64,000 nucleotides of DNA from a bacterium (GCA_030647485.1 JAUSJT010000001.1:12947-76946), one strand, 5' to 3'; positions 35,879 through 43,463 are shown, numbered from the stretch's first letter. Notes: a model not told the origin generated them from the sequence alone. Made by a program: numbers and translations.

Positions 35879-36863
35879 TATTTGGGTTCAATAGCGAGGC
35901 AAGGGTTTCCTTTTTTTCTTCTGTTACTTTCATTGTTACTATGCCTTGTCCTGGTTGGCCGTAGTAAATAGTAGCTCCTAGGGGGAGTAATAATACCAAG
36001 GCAACCGCAGCTAAGTCCTCTTCACCCTGCACAAATATATGTTTTGTCCGTCCTAACAGCGCCAGCTTGAGTGATTTCGTCAGCGAACGCGAAATACTCC
36101 CTGGTCTGTTTTTTGTTATGATTTCGGGATGGATGGAATTAATAATAGGAGAGTGAGTGCTGACACGATTTATCTTTTTGTCATATATGCCCAGTTTATA
36201 TGGTAGATTATGTAAAAGAAAGAACTCAAGGGTGGCGTCGCCAACCAAGAACGCATTGCGGGCTATACTGCTGACTAGCGTTTTCTTTACTGCCCCCTGG
36301 GGTTTTGCAAGGAATTGAAGTTGAGATTGTGTAAGTAGTAGAGTCTTTTTCAGTAGAAGTTCATACACCTTACCCCTGCGATTGACAGAACCTGCTCGTA
36401 TATCTTGTGAATGGATAGGATGGCCAAGCTTGTTTAAGTAATAGCCGCATACGTGAATTGGCAGTGGTGGAAGTTTGTGTTCAATTCGTGCGCGGTTGAT
36501 GCGCTTGCTACCTGGAATCGTTTCTTTCGTAACGCAGAGAGCTTCAATGGATGAATTTTTCAGAGTTGGGCCGTAGACGTTCTGCAGAGGAATAATGGCG
36601 CAAGAGATCCTGCGTTTTTTGCAGAATGTGACAACGGCTTTTGATCGAATTTCGTAGCTTTCACACAGTTCGGCCAAAGGCTTTCTTTGAATAAGTTTTG
36701 GCGTTGTGATGCCGATCTGCAGGTGTGTGGCTAAATTTGCTGCAAAAAGGATAAATTGTTCGTGGCCCTTATGAAAATGGTCGAACGTTCCTCCGAGTCC
36801 AACTACTCGATACTGAGTGCTTGTCATAAAAAGATTATACACTGAATTACATTGCCTTGACAC
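35844..36863 (-). CDS. Fusion of archaeal-type phosphopantetheine adenylyltransferase (cytidylyltransferase fold) and DUF359 GTP-dependent dephospho-CoA kinase
   Basis: N-terminal half GLGGTFDHFHKGHEQFI. C-terminal half VGDATLEF..YDKKINR..NRPGSIS..VQGEEDLAAVALVLLLPLGATIYYGQPGQGIV, matching the DUF359 pattern. Confidence 0.7.
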   Translation of the reverse strand: MSRQCNSVYNLFMTSTQYRVVGLGGTFDHFHKGHEQFILFAANLATHLQIGITTPKLIQRKPLAELCESYEIRSKAVVTFCKKRRISCAIIPLQNVYGPTLKNSSIEALCVTKETIPGSKRINRARIEHKLPPLPIHVCGYYLNKLGHPIHSQDIRAGSVNRRGKVYELLLKKTLLLTQSQLQFLAKPQGAVKKTLVSSIARNAFLVGDATLEFFLLHNLPYKLGIYDKKINRVSTHSPIINSIHPEIITKNRPGSISRSLTKSLKLALLGRTKHIFVQGEEDLAAVALVLLLPLGATIYYGQPGQGIVTMKVTEEKKETLASLLNPNITRLNSRSGTL

Positions 36864-36925
36864 ATACCGTTCATCTTGAATGGTCGGTTTGTTTTTAAGG
36901 GAGAATTACGATAGAATAGCAACAT

Positions 36926-37516
36926 ATGAAGGTTGTAGATATTCCCAGGGTTAGCGTTTTAGAAGCATTGAGTATTGCGGCAAAGGCACTCTCTCAAGGT
37001 AAGGTGCTTGTATGCCCTACAGATACTATCTATGGATTAATAGGAGACGCAACAAACGCAAAAGCGGTTGAGAAGATCTTTTGCATAAAACGCAGAAAAA
37101 AAGAAAAACCCCTTGGTATCTTTGTAAAAGACCTTGCCATGGCAAAGAAATTCGCCAAGATAACGAGAAAACAGGAGGCATTTTTAAAGAAAGCTTGGCC
37201 GGGAAAGGTGACGGCAGTGCTCCAAGTAAAAAAGAAGTTTCCTGAAGGGGTTGGAACACAAAAAACTATTGGTATAAGGGTGCCAAAGTATTCTTTTCTA
37301 GATCTCCTTTTTGAAAAGTTCCACCATGCTCTAGCGCAAACTTCGGTAAATATATCAGACACCCCACCCATAAAAAGGGTGAAAGATATGGTGAAGGTGT
37401 TTGGTAGACGAAAGTGGAAGCCAGACTTAATTTTTGATGCAGGAATACTTTCTTCTTCACGTCCCTCAAAAGTTATTGACATGACAATGGAGAAGAGAAA
37501 AATTCTACGAAAATGA
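36926..37516 (+). CDS. tsaC: L-threonylcarbamoyladenylate synthase (TsaC/YrdC family)
   Basis: VLVCPTDTIYGLIGDATNAKAVEKIFCIKRRKKEKPL. Confidence 0.85.
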   Translation: MKVVDIPRVSVLEALSIAAKALSQGKVLVCPTDTIYGLIGDATNAKAVEKIFCIKRRKKEKPLGIFVKDLAMAKKFAKITRKQEAFLKKAWPGKVTAVLQVKKKFPEGVGTQKTIGIRVPKYSFLDLLFEKFHHALAQTSVNISDTPPIKRVKDMVKVFGRRKWKPDLIFDAGILSSSRPSKVIDMTMEKRKILRK

Positions 37517-38841
37517 AAACACCACTACAAGCATCAGACCCCAAGGTGTATGAGCTTATAGAAGCAGAGCTTCAGCGCAGGAAAAAGGGCCTGGAAATGA
37601 TTCCTTCCGAGAACCATACATCTCCTGCGGTTCTTGAGGCTCTAGGATCCATACTTACCGATAAATATTCTGAAGGATATCCTAGTAGGAGATACTACGG
37701 AGGGAATGAGTTTATAGACAAAGTAGAAAACCTTGCCATAGAACGGGCCAAGCAGGCATTTGGAGTGCCGTATGCCAATGTACAGCCGTATTCTGGATCT
37801 CCAGCAAATTTAGCGGTTCACGTCGCAGTATGCAAGCCAGGGGATGTGGTTATGGGGTTAGACCTAACTCACGGCGGGCATTTAACACATGGGTCTAAGG
37901 TAAGCGTTACGGGGCAGTACTACAAAAGCGTGCAGTATCATGTTACTCCCGAAGGGCGTATTGATATTGAAGAGGTAAGAAGGCTGGCAACAGAACACAA
38001 TCCAAGATTACTATGGGTTGGGTATACCGCATATCCTCGTGAATTCCCGTTTGAAGAATTCTCAAAAATAGCAGATGGGGTTGGAGCGTATCTTGCAGCC
38101 GACATCTCGCATATCGCAGGGTTGGTGTTAGGAGGAAGCCATGCAAGCCCAGTTCCTTTTGCGCATATCGTTACCACAACAACGCACAAGACCCTTCGGG
38201 GTCCACGAGGTGCTATTGTCATGGTAACAGAAAAAGGATTGAAGAAAAATCCTGAACTTGGAGAGAAAATAGACAAAGCGATATTCCCTGGTTTGCAGGG
38301 GGGGCCGCACAACCACCAAACCGCTGCAATCGCAGTAGCTCTTGCTGAAGCTATGAAGCCTGAGTTCAAGGATTATGCGTATCAGGTAGTGAGTAATGCA
38401 AAGGCGTTGGCCCAAGGACTTATGGAGAACGGCTTAAAGTTGGTATCTAACGGGACAGACACTCATCTCATGCTTATTGATTTAACTCCCTATGGAAAAG
38501 GAATGGGAGTGTTTGCAGAGAAAGCATTGGATCTTGCAGGCATAACACTCAACAAGAACACCATACCAGGGGATCCTTCTTCTCCTTTTTATCCAAGCGG
38601 CATACGGCTCGGCACGCCAGCCATTACAACCCGGGGCATGAAAGAAAAAGAAATGGACATGGTGGCTAGCTGGATAATCCAGGTTATAGGAGAAATCAAA
38701 GCGTATCAGCTTCCAGAATCAAAAGATGAACGCAAGCCATACATTGCTTCTTTTGAGAAAGACATGGCAAAGAACCCTGCTGTTCTAAAGGTAAGGGGTG
38801 AAATAGAGAAACTGTGTGAGGGTTTTCCCCTGCCTTACTGA
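37513..38841 (+). CDS. glyA: Serine hydroxymethyltransferase
   Basis: LEMIPSENHTSPAVLEA and TTTTHKTLRGPRG (PLP lysine). Confidence 0.95.
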   Translation: MKTPLQASDPKVYELIEAELQRRKKGLEMIPSENHTSPAVLEALGSILTDKYSEGYPSRRYYGGNEFIDKVENLAIERAKQAFGVPYANVQPYSGSPANLAVHVAVCKPGDVVMGLDLTHGGHLTHGSKVSVTGQYYKSVQYHVTPEGRIDIEEVRRLATEHNPRLLWVGYTAYPREFPFEEFSKIADGVGAYLAADISHIAGLVLGGSHASPVPFAHIVTTTTHKTLRGPRGAIVMVTEKGLKKNPELGEKIDKAIFPGLQGGPHNHQTAAIAVALAEAMKPEFKDYAYQVVSNAKALAQGLMENGLKLVSNGTDTHLMLIDLTPYGKGMGVFAEKALDLAGITLNKNTIPGDPSSPFYPSGIRLGTPAITTRGMKEKEMDMVASWIIQVIGEIKAYQLPESKDERKPYIASFEKDMAKNPAVLKVRGEIEKLCEGFPLPY

Positions 38842-38849
38842 CATGCTAC

Positions 38850-38921
38850 GACTATTTAATTTTCTTTGCGCTTTACCCCACTGCGGTGGGGCCCTACGCG
38901 TCTTCAGAAAATCAAATAGTC
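38850..38921 (+). repeat. Copy B of the 72-74-nt hairpin repeat
   Basis: Arms GACTATTTAATTTTCT / AGAAAATCAAATAGTC (15 of 16 bp). Core is identical to copy C. Ends 13 nt before the folD ATG. Confidence 0.85.
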
Positions 38922-38934
38922 TTCGCATACTTTT

Positions 38935-39792
38935 ATGAAGATTTTAGATGGGGCAAAATTAGCAGACAGAATTTTGAAGGATCTCAAAAAAAAGAAGCGG
39001 AGCAAGGATCTCTCTCTTGCGGTGGTTCAGGTTGGAAACAACCAGGCTTCTCTAAAGTATATTGCAGAAAAGGAAAAAGTGGCAAAGGACCTTGGCATTG
39101 GATTTCGTCTGATGCTGTATCCTTCAACGGTTTCCCAAGCGACACTGATGAAAGCGGTAGGGAAGATAGGGAAAGATAAAAAGATATCTGGCATGATTGT
39201 GCAACTTCCTTTGCCAAAGCACCTTGATACACAGCCCATTCTGGACGCGATTCCCCAGTATAAAGATGTTGATGTGCTTTCTTCTTTGTCCTTTGCGGAA
39301 TTTGTCTTTGGAACTTTTCCCGTATTGCCTCCGACCGTTGCAGCAATTTCTCTGCTCCTCAAGCAAGTAAAAAAGAAACTTGAAGGGACGCAGGTCGCCG
39401 TGGTGGGGGCAGGACGGTTGGTTGGGTTACCTGTTTCTTTGTGGCTGGCGCAGCAGGGGGCTATTGTTTCTTTGATACAAAAGGGGACAAGAAACGCCTC
39501 TCAGTTTATTAAAAAAGCAGATATTGTGATTTCTGGAGTTGGGAAGGCCGGGTTGATAATAGGTTCAATGATAAAAAGAGGGGCCGTAGTTATTGATGCC
39601 GGCACTTCGGTGGAATCTGGCCCTTCGACTTCGCTCAGGGTCAAGAAAATACATGGTGATGTGGATTTCAAAAGCGTTTCAAAGAAAGCAGGGTATCTTT
39701 CTCCTGTTCCCGGAGGCGTGGGGCCCTTAACCGTCGTCTGTCTTTTTCAGAATCTTTTTGAGTTGACAAGCAGGCGAGATCGTGCTATATAA
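38935..39792 (+). CDS. folD: Bifunctional methylenetetrahydrofolate dehydrogenase/cyclohydrolase
   Basis: MKILDGAKLA, VVGAGRLVGLPV, SPVPGGVGPLTV. Confidence 0.95.
   Translation: MKILDGAKLADRILKDLKKKKRSKDLSLAVVQVGNNQASLKYIAEKEKVAKDLGIGFRLMLYPSTVSQATLMKAVGKIGKDKKISGMIVQLPLPKHLDTQPILDAIPQYKDVDVLSSLSFAEFVFGTFPVLPPTVAAISLLLKQVKKKLEGTQVAVVGAGRLVGLPVSLWLAQQGAIVSLIQKGTRNASQFIKKADIVISGVGKAGLIIGSMIKRGAVVIDAGTSVESGPSTSLRVKKIHGDVDFKSVSKKAGYLSPVPGGVGPLTVVCLFQNLFELTSRRDRAI
39619..39643 (+). repeat. TTCGACTTCGCTCAGG element in frame in folD
   Basis: GGCCCTTCGACTTCGCTCAGGGTCA encodes GPSTSLRV, an extra loop relative to E. coli FolD (recalled alignment RLENGKVVGDV). Confidence 0.75.
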
Positions 39793-39875
39793 AGACTATG
39801 CGTGGCAATCTCGCTGCGTAAGCACTTAGCAGGGCCCGCTAGAAAGCGACGCCCAAAAAAGAAGGAGGACTTGCG

Positions 39876-40535
39876 ATGGAAACGGCAACCCTTAAGCAGG
39901 CAGGAAAGGTGTTGGAGTTGATTGCACAGAGCGAAAGGTCGGGTGAGTGGATACAGAACCACCTGATTGGTTCTGGAGCCCTTTCAGATCTTTTGGCTGT
40001 GGATAATCTGGCTGGAATAAGTCGGGATGCCCGTCGGCGTGTCCTTGGACTTTCGGCACTCAACCCGTCGCTCTTGGAAGAGATTGGTATTGTCACCATC
40101 CCGGCGACGGTCGAGGCATTCGTGGCACGCGAGAAATTCGTAGTTGGCAGTGCCAAAGCGAAGATTTCCTGGATCGGCAGTAACTTCGAGGCGTGGTTTC
40201 TCGGTAGGACCGAAGAACCGTCCGTTGAGACGACGCTTTGCTATGCGAAGCTCGTAAAATCCTCGGTTGACGGTCCGATCCTTGTAGAACTCGGCGACAA
40301 GGCCGAAACCGCGCTCGCCCAGATTTGGGCGCTCATGGATCTTCAGCCGAACGGCGAGGAAGGTGTGTTGCTCATCAATGGGTGGGCCAACATCTTCTAT
40401 GCCCTGGATGCAAACGGCGAGCTCCGCGCGGTGCACGTCTACTGGCTCGAGGGTGGCTGGCTCGTGCATGCGGGTCCGGTCTCGAGCCCGTACAGGTGGT
40501 CTGGTGAGCACCGGGTGTTCTCCCGCAATTCCTAA
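39876..40535 (+). CDS. DGR target (variable) protein, C-terminal VR. The N-terminal ~180 aa have no recognised domain and no signal peptide
   Basis: 219 aa, GC-rich, SD GAAGGAGG upstream. The last 37 codons are the VR (ELRAVHVYWLEGGWLVHAGPVSSPYRWSGEHRVFSRN). Confidence 0.85.
   Translation: METATLKQAGKVLELIAQSERSGEWIQNHLIGSGALSDLLAVDNLAGISRDARRRVLGLSALNPSLLEEIGIVTIPATVEAFVAREKFVVGSAKAKISWIGSNFEAWFLGRTEEPSVETTLCYAKLVKSSVDGPILVELGDKAETALAQIWALMDLQPNGEEGVLLINGWANIFYALDANGELRAVHVYWLEGGWLVHAGPVSSPYRWSGEHRVFSRNS
40419..40528 (+). repeat. DGR variable repeat (VR)
   Basis: 110-nt gapless match to 40798-40907 with 18 mismatches, all opposite a TR adenine. Confidence 0.9.
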
Positions 40536-40540
40536 AACTT

Positions 40541-40555
40541 GGGATCCTAGATCCC
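40541..40555 (+). promoter_or_regulatory. Short hairpin GGGATC-CTA-GATCCC 5 nt after the target stop (candidate DGR homing hairpin)
   Basis: Read directly from the sequence. Present downstream of the VR but absent downstream of the TR. Confidence 0.4.
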
Positions 40556-40564
40556 TAAACAAGT

Positions 40565-40603
40565 GCCCCGTGTTGGTTTACCAACACGGGGCGTTTTCTT
40601 TTC
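40565..40603 (+). terminator. Rho-independent terminator of the DGR target gene
   Basis: 12-bp stem GCCCCGTGTTGG / CCAACACGGGGC, loop TTTA, then GTTTTCTTTTCG. Confidence 0.8.
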
Positions 40604-40797
40604 GTACAATATTTGATACGATAAAATGGATTCATAAGAACGGAACGGTTACGGCTTTTCCGACGTGGATTCAGAATGCGTTGCATTCTACAAAAATACA
40701 GGAATTGGTACTGGGAGCTAGGGAGTTTTGAGACTCCGAATACGATTCAATCCTGAGAGTATTCAAAGGATGGTGGCAGAGATGGCTTCTGGTATGA

Positions 40798-40907
40798 GAG
40801 CTCCGCGCGGTGAACGTCAACTGGAACGAGGATGGCTGGAACGTGAATGCGAATCCGGTCACGAACCCGAACAGGTGGAATGATGAGAACCGGGTGTTCT
40901 CCCGAAA
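40798..40907 (+). repeat. DGR template repeat (TR)
   Basis: Non-coding copy of the VR. In the VR frame it reads ELRAVNVNWNEDGWNVNANPVTNPNRWNDENRVFSRN (AAC-rich). 18 of its 30 adenines differ in the VR. Followed by hairpin CTCCCGCT...AGCGGGAG + TTTTATTTT (about 40918-40950). Confidence 0.9.
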
Positions 40908-40927
40908 CTGCTGTATTCTCCCGCTCT

Positions 40928-41266
40928 TTATATAGCGGGAGTTTTATTTTCAAATCCTTTTCTCCATCCGCCAAGCATCCTCCCTATTTCATTTAAGTGT
41001 TCAGAAAGAGCGATATATTTTTTGCTATCTAACGCTTTTATTTCCCACGCAACCTGCAGAAAGAACTTGAGCACGTCAAGCTTAAGAAGCCCTCGTTTAA
41101 TATGCGGCAGTTTCTCTTGTTTTGAGAGATAGCTCGCGATGACTATGCTTTCTAATACTTCAACAAAGAAAGAATCAATTTTTTCTCCCAACGTGTACAG
41201 TGAGGTTTTCGGAAAATGTGGAAGGTATGCCTGCCAAAGTTTGTATGTTGCAACTAATTTTTGCAA
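40928..41266 (-). CDS. avd: Avd-like accessory protein (four-helix-bundle / 23S rRNA-intervening-sequence protein family), TTG start
   Basis: 112 aa. FPKTSLYTLGEKIDSFFVEVLESIVIA ... LSEHLNEIGRMLGGWRK is typical of this family. Lies between TR and RT but on the opposite strand. Confidence 0.7.
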   Translation of the reverse strand: MQKLVATYKLWQAYLPHFPKTSLYTLGEKIDSFFVEVLESIVIASYLSKQEKLPHIKRGLLKLDVLKFFLQVAWEIKALDSKKYIALSEHLNEIGRMLGGWRKGFENKTPAI

Positions 41267-41282
41267 AACAGATAAACCCGTT

Positions 41283-41292
41283 GGGGGGGGGG
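41283..41292. repeat. G10 homopolymer tract in the 46-nt avd-RT divergent spacer
   Basis: ttGGGGGGGGGGct read directly from the sequence, 21 nt upstream of the RT ATG. Confidence 0.9.
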
Positions 41293-41312
41293 CTTACCTG
41301 CAAAGAGTTTGT

Positions 41313-42308
41313 ATGAAAATTCAGTTGAGACATACGTTTGAAGATATTATCAGCATGGAAAACCTTTTGGAGGCATGGAAAGAGTTTGTAAAAGGCAAAA
41401 GAGGGAAGAAGGATGTGCAGGAGTTCTCTTTGCGCCTAATAGATAACATTCTATCTCTCCGCAGAGATCTTGCCAATGGCACATATAAGCATGGAGGATA
41501 TAGGGCATTTAACATTTCAGACCCCAAGCCAAGAAGTATCCATAAAGCAACTGTTCGAGATAGATTATTGCATCACGCCATCTATCGCATCCTCTACTCA
41601 TTCTTTGATAAAACTTTCATTTCGGATTCTTTTTCTTGCAGGAAAGATAAAGGAACGCACAGAGCATTGAATAGATTTCGGGGATTTGCGTATAAGGTAA
41701 GTCAAAACAATATAAGAACCTGCTGGGTGCTTAAATGCGACATCAGGAGATTCTTTGATAATATTGACCACAAAATTTTAATACAAGTTCTTGAAACATA
41801 TATTCCCGACAAAAACATTATGTGGCTTTTGAAAAACGTGATAGATAGTTTCTCAAAAAATACGCTTGGCATTGGTCTTCCACTTGGGAATTTAACCTCG
41901 CAACTGTTCGTGAATATTTATATGAACGAGTTTGATCAGTTTGTAAAATACAAACTCAAAGAAAAATATTATCTTCGTTATGCAGATGATTTCGTTCTTC
42001 TTTCAGAGAGCCGAAATTCACTAAAACAGCAAGTTGAACCAGTGCGCAATTTTTTATACGAGAAACTCGGCCTTGAGCTACATCCTCAAAAGCTCTTTAT
42101 TAAAACCTTTGCTTCTGGGGTTGATTTTCTCGGCTGGGTACATTTCTTTGGTCATCGGACGTTGCGAACCACCACAAGGAGGCGTATGATGAAAAAACTT
42201 GAGGCAAGCCAAAATCCTCAGACACTTAGTTCTTATTTAGGGCTTTTGTGCTATGGAAACACACGTAAACTCCAGAGAGAAGTTCTAAAACAATACTTTT
42301 GTGAATAG
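41313..42308 (+). CDS. DGR reverse transcriptase
   Basis: 331 aa from MKIQLRH. GLPLGNLTSQLFVNIY (GNLTSQ at 41886-41903), YLRYADDFVLL (YADD at 41979-41990), no maturase/En domains. The track start at 41139 overlaps avd antisense and was rejected. Confidence 0.9.
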   Translation: MKIQLRHTFEDIISMENLLEAWKEFVKGKRGKKDVQEFSLRLIDNILSLRRDLANGTYKHGGYRAFNISDPKPRSIHKATVRDRLLHHAIYRILYSFFDKTFISDSFSCRKDKGTHRALNRFRGFAYKVSQNNIRTCWVLKCDIRRFFDNIDHKILIQVLETYIPDKNIMWLLKNVIDSFSKNTLGIGLPLGNLTSQLFVNIYMNEFDQFVKYKLKEKYYLRYADDFVLLSESRNSLKQQVEPVRNFLYEKLGLELHPQKLFIKTFASGVDFLGWVHFFGHRTLRTTTRRRMMKKLEASQNPQTLSSYLGLLCYGNTRKLQREVLKQYFCE

Positions 42309-42774
42309 CGTCATTATTTTTTTCGCAACATATGCAGGGTACCTACTTATGGGAGGACTGCTGGTCTTTTTGCTAAAGGGCTGGAAAGAGCGCATTGTTT
42401 TGGCATTGCAGATGATTATAGCGGCAACCTTGTCTCGAGGGATTATTACAGAAGTTATACGTTTATTCTGGTATCGCACCAGGCCGTTTGTAGAGCAGAA
42501 CTTTGTTCCATTGATTCCGCATGCTGATTCTGCCTCGTTTCCTTCAGGGCACGCCACATTTCTCTTTGCCATAGGAACGGTGTTATATGCATATAACAAA
42601 AAAGCAGGAGTGGTGTTCCTGCTGGGCAGTGCTGCTATTGTTATAGCGAGAGCATTAGCCGGAGTCCATTGGCCTTCTGATATTATCTGGGGAGCTTTGA
42701 TAGGAGTTGTCTGTGGATTGGTAGTGTCAAAGTTTGCTATAATCTATAATAGGTTTAAACAGCATGCAAATTGA
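42301..42774 (+). CDS. PAP2-family phosphatase (undecaprenyl-diphosphatase-like)
   Basis: SFPSGHATFLF and GVHWPSDIIWG motifs. GTG start overlaps the RT stop. An alternative start lies at 42349. Confidence 0.8.
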   Translation: MNSVIIFFATYAGYLLMGGLLVFLLKGWKERIVLALQMIIAATLSRGIITEVIRLFWYRTRPFVEQNFVPLIPHADSASFPSGHATFLFAIGTVLYAYNKKAGVVFLLGSAAIVIARALAGVHWPSDIIWGALIGVVCGLVVSKFAIIYNRFKQHAN

Positions 42775-43177
42775 TATTGATACAATTGTAAAACTCGTAG
42801 TGTCTATTGCGGTAGGCGTTTTGATTGGCTGGGAGCGGGAAAGAAGCAAGAGGCCTGCTGGCTTGAGGACTCATGTGTTGGTTTCTCTTGGGGCGTGCTT
42901 ATTTACCATAGCCGCGTTGGAAGTAGTAGGCACACAAGCGGATGCTCTCTCACGGGTTATTCAGGGTATTGCCACTGGAGTAGGTTTTCTTGGAGCTGGG
43001 ATTATCTTCCATGACAAAGAGAAAACCATTGGCTTGACTACTGCTGCGGAAATATGGAGCTTGGCTGCCATTGGTACATTGGCAGGGTTGGGTAGCTATG
43101 CCTTAGCCATTATTGCGGCAGTGCTTATTTTGGTTGTACTTGTTCCTTTCAAGTGGCTGGAGAGAAAAGAATTGTAG
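42764..43177 (+). CDS. MgtC/SapB-family membrane protein
   Basis: 137 aa. GWERERSKRPAGLRTHVLVSLGA is the typical MgtC N-domain motif. Confidence 0.8.
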   Translation: MQIDIDTIVKLVVSIAVGVLIGWERERSKRPAGLRTHVLVSLGACLFTIAALEVVGTQADALSRVIQGIATGVGFLGAGIIFHDKEKTIGLTTAAEIWSLAAIGTLAGLGSYALAIIAAVLILVVLVPFKWLERKEL

Positions 43178-43266
43178 TGGAACGTAAGAACGTAACATTT
43201 GCTTCGCAAATTGTACGTTCAACGTTCCAACAGCGTTTAAATTTTCTTTGAAAATTTATTACGCTG

Positions 43267-43349
43267 TGCCTGGGGTGGGAGTCGAACCCACACGAGCTTG
43301 CGCTCAAAGGTTTTTGAGACCTTCGCGTAAACCATTCCGCCACCCAGGC
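43267..43349 (-). tRNA. tRNA-Leu (anticodon CAA), CCA not encoded
   Basis: Acceptor GCCTGGG/CCCAGGC, anticodon arm AAGGT-CTCAAAA-ACCTT, long variable arm GAGC-GCAA-GCTC, T arm GTGGG-TTCGACT-CCCAC. Confidence 0.9.
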
Positions 43350-43463
43350 CCCTGTCCGCCGAAGGCGGACAAGAGGTCCCGTAAACGGGACTTCTTTACT
43401 CTACTTAAGTTTTTCTTGTTTGTACACTCCCATACTATTATATTAGTTGTGGGGGTGAACTTG

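Larger units (their letters stand above)
39876..42308 (+). mobile_element. Diversity-generating retroelement locus (target/VR - TR - avd(inverted) - RT)
   Basis: TR/VR pair with adenine-only mismatches, plus a DGR-type RT and an Avd-like gene. See component features. Confidence 0.9.

Noticed and set aside
41139-41312. Upstream 58 codons of the RT ORF in the six-frame track
   Set aside because: This region overlaps avd on the opposite strand and contains the G10 tract. The conserved RT sequence begins at MKIQLRH (41313), which gives the typical DGR RT length of about 330 aa.
41313-42308. Whether the RT is a group II intron or retron RT instead of a DGR RT
   Set aside because: There is no maturase, DNA-binding or endonuclease extension, and no intron-like RNA domains or msr/msd-type repeats that I could see flanking it. 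The GNLTSQ motif and the adenine-only TR/VR pair argue for a DGR.
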